A DNA stretch of 64,000 nt from Patescibacteria group bacterium (GTDB lineage: Bacteria > Patescibacteriota > WWE3 > UBA101185 > UBA10185): positions 64,776-128,775 of the forward strand of contig JAFGOI010000004.1 in assembly GCA_016926555.1 (NCBI GenBank), written 5' to 3'. Positions 49,704 to 59,613 of the stretch are shown piece after piece. Within the stretch, counting starts at the first letter, position 1. Every line of letters begins with the position of its first letter. Position numbers and translations under genes: made by a program. The notes beneath the pieces were generated by a model. The model searched no databases and had not been told where the DNA came from. It saw nothing but the letters and a program-made list of their open reading frames with translations.

Positions 49704-51210
49704 GCCTCTATTTATGATTTTTATTCTCGCGCTGGCTCTTCGGTGGATTGGCAGCACACATGGATTCCCTTTTATCTTTCATCCCGATGAACCCACTATT
49801 GTGAGGGAAGCTCTGAACCTGAGATTTACTAGAAATCCGGGCCACTTTGACTGGCCGCATTTGTATATGTATCTGAACTACTTTTTGTTTATGTTCTTTG
49901 CAAAGCTGCGGGATCTGGCAGCTGTACAGGGTTTGAAGCCTTATCTAAGTGCGAATATTCCGATACTGTGGAACGATAACTTGGTATTTTATCTGCTTGC
50001 TAGACTTCTTTCGGGATTTTTTGGCGCGTTAACCGTAATCCCGGTTTATTACACCGGTAAAGTTTTATTTGATAAGAAAACAGCTATAATCTCAGCTTTT
50101 ATTTTCTCTGTTCTACCTTTTCACGTGTGGCATTCACACTATTCAATGGGAGATGTTCCAATGGTGTTTTTTATTGCTTTGAATATGTATTTTTCGGCTA
50201 AAATATTCAAAGAAAACGAGGCAAAAAATTATTTGCTGGCAGGGCTTTCCATTGGATTAGCGTCTTCTGTTAAATATAATGCTGTTTTATTGTGCTTAAC
50301 TGTGCCGCTTGCGCATATTTTTAGGATTCTCAATGATCGAAAAGAAAAGTTTTTTAATTTTGATACACTTATGAATCTAGTATTTTCCGGATTATGTGCC
50401 ATCGCAGGTTTTGTTGCTGGGACGCCTTACGCTGTGATGGATTACAAGACCTTTCTTATAAGTGATAGCCCAAAGGGTGCTCTTTGGCAGTTTGTGAATG
50501 TTGGTTCAGTGGATTCATCACAGCGTTTTACGAAATTTTTTACTGAAATGGTTCATAGGGTTTCAGATGATGTGGGTTATGTGGTTCTTGCCGCGTTTTT
50601 CATTGTTTTAGCAGTATTATTGTATAAATTGGCTGTGAGGAAGTTTTCGAAGAAAGATTATACTTTATGGTACTTAGTTATTCCCCCGTTTATTTCGCTT
50701 GTGTATGTTTCAGGATTCGACAGTACCAGATCGCACTACTATATGATAGCCTACCCGTTTCTGGCCGTTGTGTACGCTTATATTGTTTGTTATTTTTCTT
50801 CCTTAGTGAAGAAAAGTTATATGATTGAGTTTTTTTCGGTTGTTCTTTTGATTTTTCCGTTGTTTTATTTTTCCGTGATAAAAACGTATATATTTGCAAG
50901 GGAGGATACAAGAAATGTTTTATTTTCTTGGGCTAATCAACATGTGGATTTGAATACCCCGATAATTTCAGGAAATGATGAATATATTTATATGGTTTTG
51001 TCTTCGAAATATAAAAATATTTATAAAGGGTATTCTAGTTATAGTATTTCTCCCTTTGGATTGGGATATTTAGTTGTGGCTGTGAGTGATGAAAGCCCAA
51101 AACAGGCTTTTGAGAGGTTTACATATCTACCCAAGCTTAATCTTGTTTATTCTATAAATAATACGTATAGGCGGGGACCGTTTATTAATATTTATGAGTA
51201 TAGAAAATGA
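49684..51210 (+). CDS. GT-C (GT39/ArnT-like) lipid-carrier-dependent glycosyltransferase
   Basis: 'FHPDEPTIVREALNLRFTRNPGHFDWPHLYMYLNY' and 'YYTGKVLFDKKTAIISAFIFSVLPFHVWHSHY'; ~12 TM. Confidence 0.6.
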   Translation: MTKKLTEPLFMIFILALALRWIGSTHGFPFIFHPDEPTIVREALNLRFTRNPGHFDWPHLYMYLNYFLFMFFAKLRDLAAVQGLKPYLSANIPILWNDNLVFYLLARLLSGFFGALTVIPVYYTGKVLFDKKTAIISAFIFSVLPFHVWHSHYSMGDVPMVFFIALNMYFSAKIFKENEAKNYLLAGLSIGLASSVKYNAVLLCLTVPLAHIFRILNDRKEKFFNFDTLMNLVFSGLCAIAGFVAGTPYAVMDYKTFLISDSPKGALWQFVNVGSVDSSQRFTKFFTEMVHRVSDDVGYVVLAAFFIVLAVLLYKLAVRKFSKKDYTLWYLVIPPFISLVYVSGFDSTRSHYYMIAYPFLAVVYAYIVCYFSSLVKKSYMIEFFSVVLLIFPLFYFSVIKTYIFAREDTRNVLFSWANQHVDLNTPIISGNDEYIYMVLSSKYKNIYKGYSSYSISPFGLGYLVVAVSDESPKQAFERFTYLPKLNLVYSINNTYRRGPFINIYEYRK

Positions 51211-52838
51211 AACTGATTTTACGCTATAAATATGAAATATGTGTGTTTCTGCTTTTTGTTATCAGTAGGCTGCCCTCTTTAGGAAATGACTGTTTTAATA
51301 CGGATGTGTGGAAATGGAAAACGAGGAGTTATGATTTCGGTACAGGTGTATTTACACTAGATTTTGCAAAAACCAGTCAAAAGTATCATCCGGGAGTTAC
51401 TTTAATGTGGCTGGGGACTTTTGGTGTCAAAGTATTTAACCTCTATTATGATCTAGTATATGGCTCTGAAACTATTTCATTGTCTCCTACGCAAGATTAT
51501 TTAGTGAGGATTTTTGGTCTACACTTTGTTCAAAAATTATTTGTTGTCGTTGTGATAGGAGTTACACTGGTTTTTCTATTTAAAGCTTTGGAGAAAATTA
51601 TTGATAGGAAATACGCTGCTATTACTATATTTTTAATTGCGTTTGAGCCTTTTTTCTTAGCTTTAAGCAGAGTATTTCATCTTGAAGGTCTTCTTTCTGT
51701 TTTTATGGTCACTTCTGTGGTGTGGTTCTATATTTACCTGACTGGAAAAAGCGAAAAGAAGGCATTGCTTATTTCAGGAGTATTTGGAGGTTTATCGTTT
51801 CTAACAAAGACTTCTGCGGTGTACCTTGTTCCTTACGTGTTTCTAGTGTCCTTTATTTGGCTTAGTAAAATCAAGGATAATAAAAATGGAAGATTTGTTC
51901 CTGAATATGTAAAAACGGTTTTCTCGTGGATATTGATATCCCTGTCTGTGGTTGTGATATTGTGGCCCGCGTTGTGGGTGGATTTTTCAAATGTTGTGTC
52001 TAATCTATACAGGGGAGTTTCTGAAATTGGTATTGAACAAGAACATTCACAGATATATTTTGGCAAGCGCGTAGAGAATCCGGGTTTAACCTACTATTTG
52101 GTGGTATTACTACTAAGATCTTCTCCTTATTTATTAGTTGGATGTTTCAGTATGTATTTTTTAATTAAAAATGGCCGATTTGAGGATAAGAAAGATTTCG
52201 TATTTTATCTTTTTATATTTTCACTTTTTTATTTGATGCAGCATACGATTCCATCAAAAAAATTGGATAGATATATACTACCGGCAATTGTGGGTATGGT
52301 TCCCATTGCGTCGTTCTTCTTTTATGATCTTGTACAAAATAAAAGCATATCTAAAAATATTAAAGTGGCTGTTTTGCTATTTCCTTTGATTACAGCGGTC
52401 TATATACATCCGGACTACTTTTCCTACTATAATCCGTTTTTCGGAGGTATAAGAACGGGGATTAAAGTAATTGAACCTAAATGGATGATCGGACAAAGTG
52501 AAATTACAAAGTATTTTGAAGAATTAATTAAAGAGCGAGGAATTACAGGAGATAATGAGTGCCCATCTTTCGAATGTGTTATTGACAGTAACAAAACCAA
52601 AGATGTTCTTTCAGTAGGATTTCCTGAGAAATATTACACACAGGTACATCCATTTATTAGGAAAATTGGCGGTTGGGCAGTTATAAAGGATTTGACGCCC
52701 TTTGCAAAGCATACCAATTTTTTCGTTTATCCCGTGTGGGAAGACGATTCTTCTTTGGAGGACAGATTTAAGCTAAACTATATTGGTACCATTAAGGTAA
52801 AAGGAGTGGATGTATACAATGTTTACGAAAGTAATTAA
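51207..52838 (+). CDS. GT-C-like polytopic membrane glycosyltransferase (paralog B)
   Basis: 'WKWKTRSYDF...SQKYHPGVTLMW' and 'FEPFFLALSRVFH'; C-terminal soluble ~170 aa. Confidence 0.5.
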   Translation: MKLILRYKYEICVFLLFVISRLPSLGNDCFNTDVWKWKTRSYDFGTGVFTLDFAKTSQKYHPGVTLMWLGTFGVKVFNLYYDLVYGSETISLSPTQDYLVRIFGLHFVQKLFVVVVIGVTLVFLFKALEKIIDRKYAAITIFLIAFEPFFLALSRVFHLEGLLSVFMVTSVVWFYIYLTGKSEKKALLISGVFGGLSFLTKTSAVYLVPYVFLVSFIWLSKIKDNKNGRFVPEYVKTVFSWILISLSVVVILWPALWVDFSNVVSNLYRGVSEIGIEQEHSQIYFGKRVENPGLTYYLVVLLLRSSPYLLVGCFSMYFLIKNGRFEDKKDFVFYLFIFSLFYLMQHTIPSKKLDRYILPAIVGMVPIASFFFYDLVQNKSISKNIKVAVLLFPLITAVYIHPDYFSYYNPFFGGIRTGIKVIEPKWMIGQSEITKYFEELIKERGITGDNECPSFECVIDSNKTKDVLSVGFPEKYYTQVHPFIRKIGGWAVIKDLTPFAKHTNFFVYPVWEDDSSLEDRFKLNYIGTIKVKGVDVYNVYESN

Positions 52839-54075
52839 GAATCCCGAATTACAGGGAACAATAATCATTACAACCGGAAGTATAATTGGAAGCTTTTTTG
52901 CTTATCTTCTTCAATTTTTCTTGGGTCGAATGCTGTCTGTCGAAAATTATGGATCTTTTAGTGCTTTAATTTCTGTTTCTACAATAGTTGGCGTGTTTGC
53001 GGGTGTGTTTGTTATTGCATTAGTTAAAATAGTGTCTGAGCTGGTTGCGAAGGAAGATTTTGAGAGAGTGACAGCGTTATTTTGGAAGGTAACCCTCTGG
53101 GGACTTTTGTACGGGCTCGTGGCGTTTTTCTTGGTTTATATACTAAAGAATTATATCTCGAGTACACTAAAGATTTCTGATGTTACAGCTATAGTATTTT
53201 TCGGGTGGTTTCTGGGAATGAATTTATTTCCTCCTATATCGCGATCTTACCTTCAAGCCCTTTTAAGATATAAAGCATTGGCTTTCTTTCTAGTTTATAG
53301 CGGGTTTTTAAGGTTTGTTTTTCCGGTTGTTTTTGTTTATTTTGGCTATGCATTGTCCGGTGTTTTTTTTGGAATGGGGATAGGGTTGGCACTTTCGTTT
53401 GTTTTCTCGCTGCTTTTATTGCGTAAAAACTTTAGAAAACACGAGATAATTGATCTGTCCGAGCAGTATGAGAAATTTCTTATGCTGGGACTGCCTATTA
53501 CGATTCTATTTCTTGGTTTGATGATTCTTAGCAATATGGATATGATTCTCGTGAAAAGATTTTTTGATCCAGACCTAGCGGGATATTATGCCGGAACAGT
53601 AACACTTGGAAAAATACTTCTCTTTGGGGCGGGTTCGGTCAACTTGATTATGTTTCCGCAAATTTCAGCGGTATATACAAAAGGAGAAAATTATATCGAA
53701 AAATTCAAAAAGTTGCTATTCATGCAAATAGGTGTGGTAATTGCCGGGGTTGTCCCCTATATAGCATTTCCGAAATTTCTCACGACGGCATTCTTCGGGA
53801 AGAGTTTTCTGGGTTCAGTCGAATATTTACCTCTGTTCTCTATTTTTGTTGGATTATATGTATTAGTAAATTTTATGGTGTTGTTTTTTCTCGCGATAGA
53901 TAAAAAAAACGTTTTTTGGTTTCTTGTACCAGGTGTAACACTCCAAACTCTATTGATTTATTTTCTGCATGCGGATTTGTATCAGGTTATATATATAAAC
54001 ATAGGGGTTTCCTTAGCTACTTGTTTGGCACTATTTATTTACTATAGAAAAACTGTATCTCAAGCTCTATTTTAG
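52810..54075 (+). CDS. MOP-superfamily (Wzx-like) flippase, second copy
   Basis: 12-14 TM helices; 'IIITTGSIIGSFFAYLLQFFLGRMLSVENYGSFSALISV'. Confidence 0.6.
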   Translation: MYTMFTKVIKNPELQGTIIITTGSIIGSFFAYLLQFFLGRMLSVENYGSFSALISVSTIVGVFAGVFVIALVKIVSELVAKEDFERVTALFWKVTLWGLLYGLVAFFLVYILKNYISSTLKISDVTAIVFFGWFLGMNLFPPISRSYLQALLRYKALAFFLVYSGFLRFVFPVVFVYFGYALSGVFFGMGIGLALSFVFSLLLLRKNFRKHEIIDLSEQYEKFLMLGLPITILFLGLMILSNMDMILVKRFFDPDLAGYYAGTVTLGKILLFGAGSVNLIMFPQISAVYTKGENYIEKFKKLLFMQIGVVIAGVVPYIAFPKFLTTAFFGKSFLGSVEYLPLFSIFVGLYVLVNFMVLFFLAIDKKNVFWFLVPGVTLQTLLIYFLHADLYQVIYINIGVSLATCLALFIYYRKTVSQALF

Positions 54076-54092
54076 TATAATACGGGGTATAT

Positions 54093-54905
54093 ATGTTAGT
54101 TTCAATAATTATTCCGGTATACAAAAAGGAAGAAACTGTAGTTAAAGATATTTTGAATATTTGGAAAACAGTTAAACAGACCAGATGGGATTGTGAGTTG
54201 ATAGTTGTTATTGATGGTTTTGTAGATAAAAGTTTTGAGAGGGCGAAGACGATAAAAAAGAAGAATATTAAAGTTTTCGGATATCCGACAAATAAAGGAA
54301 AAGGATATGCTGTAAAGTATGGTATGGCGCGTGCTAGAGGGGATTTGGTTGCTTTTATAGATTCTGGTATGGAGATAAATCCAAATAGTATTTCAATGGT
54401 TCTTGAACATATGGAATGGTATGATGCCGATGTAATAGTTGGCAGTAAGAGGCACCCTGCCTCTAAGACCAATTTAACGGCATTGAGGAAATTATATAGC
54501 TGGGGTTATTATCAACTTGTTAAGTATTTGTTTGGTTTGAGAGTAAAAGATACACAGGCTGGTTTAAAAGTTTTTAGAAGAAAAGTGTTAGAAAAGGTTC
54601 TTCCTCGGCTTTTAGTGAAGGAGTACGCATTTGATGTGGAACTTCTTGCCGTGACAAATCATCTCGGCTTTACGAGAATTTATGAGGCTCCTATTGAGAT
54701 AACATTGGATTTTGACAATTCTAGGTTTTCGAAAAATTGGTTTCCATTTATGGATAAACATATTCGGAAAATGATGGTGGATACACTTGCCGTCTTTTAT
54801 AGGCTTTATCTTCTTCGATACTATGACGATACAAGCAAGAGAAAATGGACATATGATAATGAGCTAAAAATGAGGATTAATACTGGAGAAGTAACTTATG
54901 ATTAA
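54093..54905 (+). CDS. GT2 glycosyltransferase
   Basis: 'LVSIIIPVYKKEETV...ELIVVIDGFVDKS...VAFIDSGMEINP'. Confidence 0.7.
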   Translation: MLVSIIIPVYKKEETVVKDILNIWKTVKQTRWDCELIVVIDGFVDKSFERAKTIKKKNIKVFGYPTNKGKGYAVKYGMARARGDLVAFIDSGMEINPNSISMVLEHMEWYDADVIVGSKRHPASKTNLTALRKLYSWGYYQLVKYLFGLRVKDTQAGLKVFRRKVLEKVLPRLLVKEYAFDVELLAVTNHLGFTRIYEAPIEITLDFDNSRFSKNWFPFMDKHIRKMMVDTLAVFYRLYLLRYYDDTSKRKWTYDNELKMRINTGEVTYD

Positions 54906-55911
54906 GTTTAGTATCATCATTCCTTGTAGATCAATTACGGATTTTTTGAAAGAGAGTATTCCTTACCTCAAAAAATTAAATTATAAACAGTACGAGATTC
55001 TCATTGTACTTGATAATGATGATGCATATGATTTCAGGGATAACAGGTTTAAGGTGCTGGTTTCGGGACCGGTTGGTCCCGCGGAGAAAAGAAATCTCGC
55101 GGTTTCTAAAGCTACAGGTGATATTTTAGCTTTTTTGGATGATGATGCGTTTCCGACTGAAAATTGGTTGGACAAAGCCGCAGAGTATTTTAATGACCCT
55201 TCTGTATACGCGTTAGGAGGTCCTGCGATGACTCCGGGTAACGCCGGTTTCCTTGAATTAGTTTCTGGTTTAATCTTGGAGTCATGTATATCCAGCGGCA
55301 ATACTGTTTATAGGCATCTTCCAAAAAAAGCAAGAAAGATCTCGGATTATCCAACCGTGAATTTGTTTGTCAGAAGGAAGATATTTATCGATGTAAAAGG
55401 ATTTAACACAGATTTTTGGCCCGGAGAGGACACAAAACTATGTTTGGATTTAGTTAAGAAAATGGGTGGGCCTTTTGTTTATGCACCGAATGTGTTGGTT
55501 TATCATCACAGGAGAGATGTGTTTATACCGCATTTGAAGCAGGTATCCCGTTACGGGAAACATCGCGGACAGTTTGCAAAAATATACCCCGAAACATCAA
55601 GGTTGCCATTTTATTTTGTACCTTCCATGTTTGTAGTGTTTTTAGTTTTGGGCGGGATATTGTCAGTGCTATTCAAACAGTATTTTTGGGGATACTTGGG
55701 GGTCATTTCACTGTATGTATGTATTACACTATTAGAAAGTATAAAAGCTTATACCAAGAGTAAGAAAATTTTAGTTGTGCCGTATTTCGTACTTGGAGTT
55801 TTTCTGACGCATCTTGTTTATGGTATAAACTTTATTATTGGTTATTTAGTAAGACCGGAATTAAAATTAAAGAGATATAATGAGAAAACCGGAAATTATA
55901 TGGAAGGATGA
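54898..55911 (+). CDS. GT2 glycosyltransferase with C-terminal TM anchor
   Basis: 'FSIIIPCRSITDFL...ILIVLDNDDAYD...LAFLDDDAFPTENWL' (DxD) plus 2-3 C-terminal TM. Confidence 0.7.
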   Translation: MIKFSIIIPCRSITDFLKESIPYLKKLNYKQYEILIVLDNDDAYDFRDNRFKVLVSGPVGPAEKRNLAVSKATGDILAFLDDDAFPTENWLDKAAEYFNDPSVYALGGPAMTPGNAGFLELVSGLILESCISSGNTVYRHLPKKARKISDYPTVNLFVRRKIFIDVKGFNTDFWPGEDTKLCLDLVKKMGGPFVYAPNVLVYHHRRDVFIPHLKQVSRYGKHRGQFAKIYPETSRLPFYFVPSMFVVFLVLGGILSVLFKQYFWGYLGVISLYVCITLLESIKAYTKSKKILVVPYFVLGVFLTHLVYGINFIIGYLVRPELKLKRYNEKTGNYMEG

Positions 55912-56165
55912 ATATGTCCGAGGAACAAAAAGTCTATAAAAATGCCTCTTCAAAAGTTGTGATTAAGGTTGTAAATGATGCATGTGTTAGCGCTGCTACA
56001 TGTGTAGTTTTTGCGCCCAACACGTTTGACTTGGATGAAAACGGTATCGTATATGCCAAAGAAGGTACATGGGACGAAGCTGAGGAGATAATTAAAGCCG
56101 CCAAGTCGTGCCCTACCACTGCAATAATTGTGGAAGATTTGGATGGAAACAGATTGTATCCTTAA
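55908..56165 (+). CDS. Small single-cluster ferredoxin ([3Fe-4S]/[4Fe-4S] type)
   Basis: 85 aa; 'CVSAATC' (C-x2-A-x2-C) ...'SCP', the mono-cluster Fd pattern; directly upstream of the radical SAM gene. Confidence 0.6.
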   Translation: MNMSEEQKVYKNASSKVVIKVVNDACVSAATCVVFAPNTFDLDENGIVYAKEGTWDEAEEIIKAAKSCPTTAIIVEDLDGNRLYP

Positions 56166-56204
56166 GCTATGTAATTCAAGTGCGATTATAGTATCATTAG
56201 TTTT

Positions 56205-57809
56205 ATGTCCCAAAAGAAGTATAAAATCGTAATAGGATATCCACCGATTGCTCAAGAAAAAGGCACACCTCTTCTGTCTCAGAACAGACAGTTTCAGTAT
56301 TTTAATGCTCCCTGTTATATATATCCCATGGTTCCCGCGTATGCCGCAAGTTTAGCGCAGGAGAGAGGTTATGATGTTGTTTGGATGGATGGGATTGCCG
56401 AGAAGATGTCTTATAGCGAATGGGCAAGCAAGTTTATAAACGAAAAGCCCGATATTCTAATGATAGAGACAAAGGCTCCTGTAGTAAGACAGCACTGGAA
56501 AATAGTTGATGAACTGAAAAATGAACTCCCTGAGTTGGTTATTGTTCTGGTTGGCGATCATGTAACATGTTTTCCTGAGGAGTCGCTTAATTCCTGTAGT
56601 GCCGACTTCATAATTCTGGGGGGAGACTACGATTTTGTACTGTCTGATTTGGCGGATTCTCTTTCAAGCGGTACAACCTTGCCAGGAGGCATATGGGGTA
56701 GAAGTAGTAATAAAAAATTAGAACTTCCGAAAGAAACAGAAAACAAGGGCAAATATTTCGTTACGGGGTCGTCTCAATTAAAACACAAGCTGGACGATCT
56801 TCCTTTTATAGATAGGGATCTTACCAAGTGGAAACTATATGCATATGAGAATGGAAACTACAAGTATAAACCGGCAACTTATATGTACTCCGGGAGAGAC
56901 TGCTGGTGGAATAGGTGCACGTTTTGTATATGGGATCATTCCCTGTATCCACGAGGAAGTTACAGAAGATTTTCGCCTGAAAGACTGTTTGCAGAGGTAA
57001 AACATGTTGTTGATAATTATGGTGTAAGAGAAATTTTTGATGATGCGGGAACTCTATTCGTTGGCCCTCCCCTAAAGAAATTTTGCCAGTTATTAATAGA
57101 CTCAGGTTATAACAAAAAGGTTGTTTATAGCTGTAATATGAGATTAAATGCGCTAAACCAGGAATACTACGATTTGATGGGTAAGGCCAACTTTAGATTT
57201 ATTTTATATGGTATGGAGTCAGCAAATCAGGAAACACTTGATCGGATAGATAAGGGGATGAAAGTTGAAGATATCGAAAAGGGAGTGATAATGGCCAAGA
57301 AAGCTGGCCTAGAACCACATTTAACTGTCATGCTTGGGTATCCGTGGGAAACTGAGGAGATGGTAAAAAATACTATAAATTTGGCGAGAGATTTGTTTAA
57401 AAGAGGTTATGTCGATACGATGCAAGCCACTATAACAATTCCATATCCAGGGACGCCTCTATATAACGAGTGTGTAAAAAATGGCTGGTTGCGCGTGGAC
57501 CCAAAAGATTATGAAGCATTTGATATGCGGGGGCCTGTGATGAAAACACCTTTTCCCGTAGAGAGAATTTATGACTTTACACAGGAATTGTATTCTAGTT
57601 TCTTTACTCCGCAGTATATTATCCGAAAAGTTTTAGCCGTGAGGTCGCCCGATGATGTTAAGTTTCTGTTTATGGCGGCAAGAAGATTGATAGGACATTT
57701 ACTGGATTTTGATAAAGAGCAGGAGGGATCCAGCTGGTTAAATCCTAGTTTCTGGTTTCGGGCTGTAAAAAGCATGTTTAAGCATGTGTTTTCGAAAGAA
57801 AGCAAATAG
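56205..57809 (+). CDS. B12-binding-domain radical SAM enzyme (class B-like)
   Basis: N-terminal Rossmann-like cobalamin-binding region 'KIVIGYPPIAQEKGTPLLSQNRQFQYFNAPCYIYPMVPAYAASLAQERGYDVVWMD...' followed by a Cys triad 'RDCWWNRCTFCIW' (C-x4-C-x2-C) and TIM-barrel-like 'ILYGMESANQETLDRIDKG'. Confidence 0.65.
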   Translation: MSQKKYKIVIGYPPIAQEKGTPLLSQNRQFQYFNAPCYIYPMVPAYAASLAQERGYDVVWMDGIAEKMSYSEWASKFINEKPDILMIETKAPVVRQHWKIVDELKNELPELVIVLVGDHVTCFPEESLNSCSADFIILGGDYDFVLSDLADSLSSGTTLPGGIWGRSSNKKLELPKETENKGKYFVTGSSQLKHKLDDLPFIDRDLTKWKLYAYENGNYKYKPATYMYSGRDCWWNRCTFCIWDHSLYPRGSYRRFSPERLFAEVKHVVDNYGVREIFDDAGTLFVGPPLKKFCQLLIDSGYNKKVVYSCNMRLNALNQEYYDLMGKANFRFILYGMESANQETLDRIDKGMKVEDIEKGVIMAKKAGLEPHLTVMLGYPWETEEMVKNTINLARDLFKRGYVDTMQATITIPYPGTPLYNECVKNGWLRVDPKDYEAFDMRGPVMKTPFPVERIYDFTQELYSSFFTPQYIIRKVLAVRSPDDVKFLFMAARRLIGHLLDFDKEQEGSSWLNPSFWFRAVKSMFKHVFSKESK

Positions 57810-57820
57810 CGGGTTAAAAA

Positions 57821-58561
57821 ATGAAAATTCTTGATATTTTGCTAGACACATTTACTGCTCTAAAAGAAAAAGGATTAAAACATGTAGTTAAGGTTATTAC
57901 TGACGTTGCTGGAGGAAATTTGCATAACTGTTTTTGGTATACGTATGGCAAAGTCTTTAATAAAACGGTTGTCCATGTCATAGGTGATAGTCACGTTAGA
58001 GTTTTTAAGGGCCAAAAACGCTTCATTATTCATCATTTGGGACCTGCTACAGCGTATAATCTTTCAAGTAAACATAGTACAACGGACTCAAATGAGAAGT
58101 TTTGGAATGTTGTTGATACACTTGTTGAAAAGAAAAAAGACAAAATACTCCTTGTTTTTGGCGAGATAGATAGCCGGATACATATTTATAAAGCCTATAA
58201 AAAGAAGGGAAGTTCGATTGACGACGTTATTTACGCTACTATATCCAGATATGACGAAGTTCTTAGTCAGCTAAACGAAAGAGGATATACTTTCTACGTT
58301 CATGGAATTCCACCTGGCTCAAAGCAAGAAAACATATATAACGTTTCCCACTATCCCACACCTGAGATGCGAGCGAAGATTAACAAAAGATTTCATGAGG
58401 TATTAGAAGAGCATTGTAAGAAGAGAGGATACAAGTATATCGATGTATATATGCCGTATGTTAACGAAGAAGGTTTTATTAAGAGAGAATATGAGTTAGA
58501 TGAAGTTCATCTGAACAATAGAATAATTCCTGAGGTGAAGAGAGCCATAAATTTTTACTAG
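57821..58561 (+). CDS. SGNH/GDSL-family hydrolase or acyl-/O-acetyltransferase-like protein
   Basis: Block I 'VVHVIGDSHVRVF' (GDSx) and block V 'YELDEVHLNNR' (DxxH). Confidence 0.5.
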   Translation: MKILDILLDTFTALKEKGLKHVVKVITDVAGGNLHNCFWYTYGKVFNKTVVHVIGDSHVRVFKGQKRFIIHHLGPATAYNLSSKHSTTDSNEKFWNVVDTLVEKKKDKILLVFGEIDSRIHIYKAYKKKGSSIDDVIYATISRYDEVLSQLNERGYTFYVHGIPPGSKQENIYNVSHYPTPEMRAKINKRFHEVLEEHCKKRGYKYIDVYMPYVNEEGFIKREYELDEVHLNNRIIPEVKRAINFY

Positions 58562-58569
58562 CACTAACT

Positions 58570-59613
58570 ATGAAAGTAAACTGGCAAAAAATCTCAATAG
58601 TAATGCCGACACTAAATGCCGAGAAGGTATTAGGTAGCGCGCTAGAGTCCATAAAAGTGCAAGATTACCCCAAGGACAAAATAGAGATTATTGTTGCAGA
58701 TGGAAGTTCCTCGGATGGAACTTTAGACTTGGCGAAAAAATATGGGGCGAGAGTAGTTGGGAACAAGTTAAGAACGGGGGAGGCCGGTAAGGCGGCTGCG
58801 TTAAGAGAAGTAAATGGAGAATTTGTTATATTTATAGATTCGGACAATATTCTGCCTACAAAGAATTGGATAAAGCAGATGATTAAACCGTTGATAGACA
58901 ATCCAAATGCTGTTGGCAGTGAACCCTGGAAATATACGTGGAGGAAAGAAGATGGCTTTATTACGAGATATTGCGCGTTAATCGGCATGAACGATCCCCT
59001 GGTACATTTCCTTGGTAACTATGATCGAGTGAATCTCCTGACGGGGAAGTGGACGGAAGTGCCCCATGAAGAGGAAGATATGGGAGATTACCTTCTTGTT
59101 AAATTGGATGAAAGGGGAATTCCCACTATTGGTGCGAATGGAACTGTATTCAGGAAAGCATTTTTGGATAAAAATTGGTCTGGCGATTATTTTTTCGATA
59201 TAGATATCATCCACAAAAAGATACGTTTGGACGGCAGCGTATTGTTTATTAAGGTAAAAAACGGAATTATCCACACTTTTTGCGAGAATAATGTGTCCAA
59301 GTTCATAAGGAAGCAAAAAAGGAGAATAAAAGATTATCTCTACCATCAGTATGTGGCTAAAGACAGAGAATATGATTGGAGCAGCATGGATATATCGGGC
59401 AAAAATAACAAAGGTATACTCCTTTTTATATTCTCGTGTTTGACAGTAATTCCATTGATAATACAGTCTTTAAAGGGATATTTTAGAAAACCGGATATGG
59501 CGTGGTTCTTTCATCCTATAGCTTGCGAAATTACTTTATGGGAATATGGTTGGGCTAAAATTACGGGTATATTTAAAAAAGCGGAAATTAGTAGAAGTAA
59601 CTGGAGGCAGTGA
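58570..59613 (+). CDS. GT2 glycosyltransferase with C-terminal TM segment
   Basis: 'ISIVMPTLNAEKVL...IEIIVADGSSSDGT...VIFIDSDNILP'. Confidence 0.7.
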   Translation: MKVNWQKISIVMPTLNAEKVLGSALESIKVQDYPKDKIEIIVADGSSSDGTLDLAKKYGARVVGNKLRTGEAGKAAALREVNGEFVIFIDSDNILPTKNWIKQMIKPLIDNPNAVGSEPWKYTWRKEDGFITRYCALIGMNDPLVHFLGNYDRVNLLTGKWTEVPHEEEDMGDYLLVKLDERGIPTIGANGTVFRKAFLDKNWSGDYFFDIDIIHKKIRLDGSVLFIKVKNGIIHTFCENNVSKFIRKQKRRIKDYLYHQYVAKDREYDWSSMDISGKNNKGILLFIFSCLTVIPLIIQSLKGYFRKPDMAWFFHPIACEITLWEYGWAKITGIFKKAEISRSNWRQ

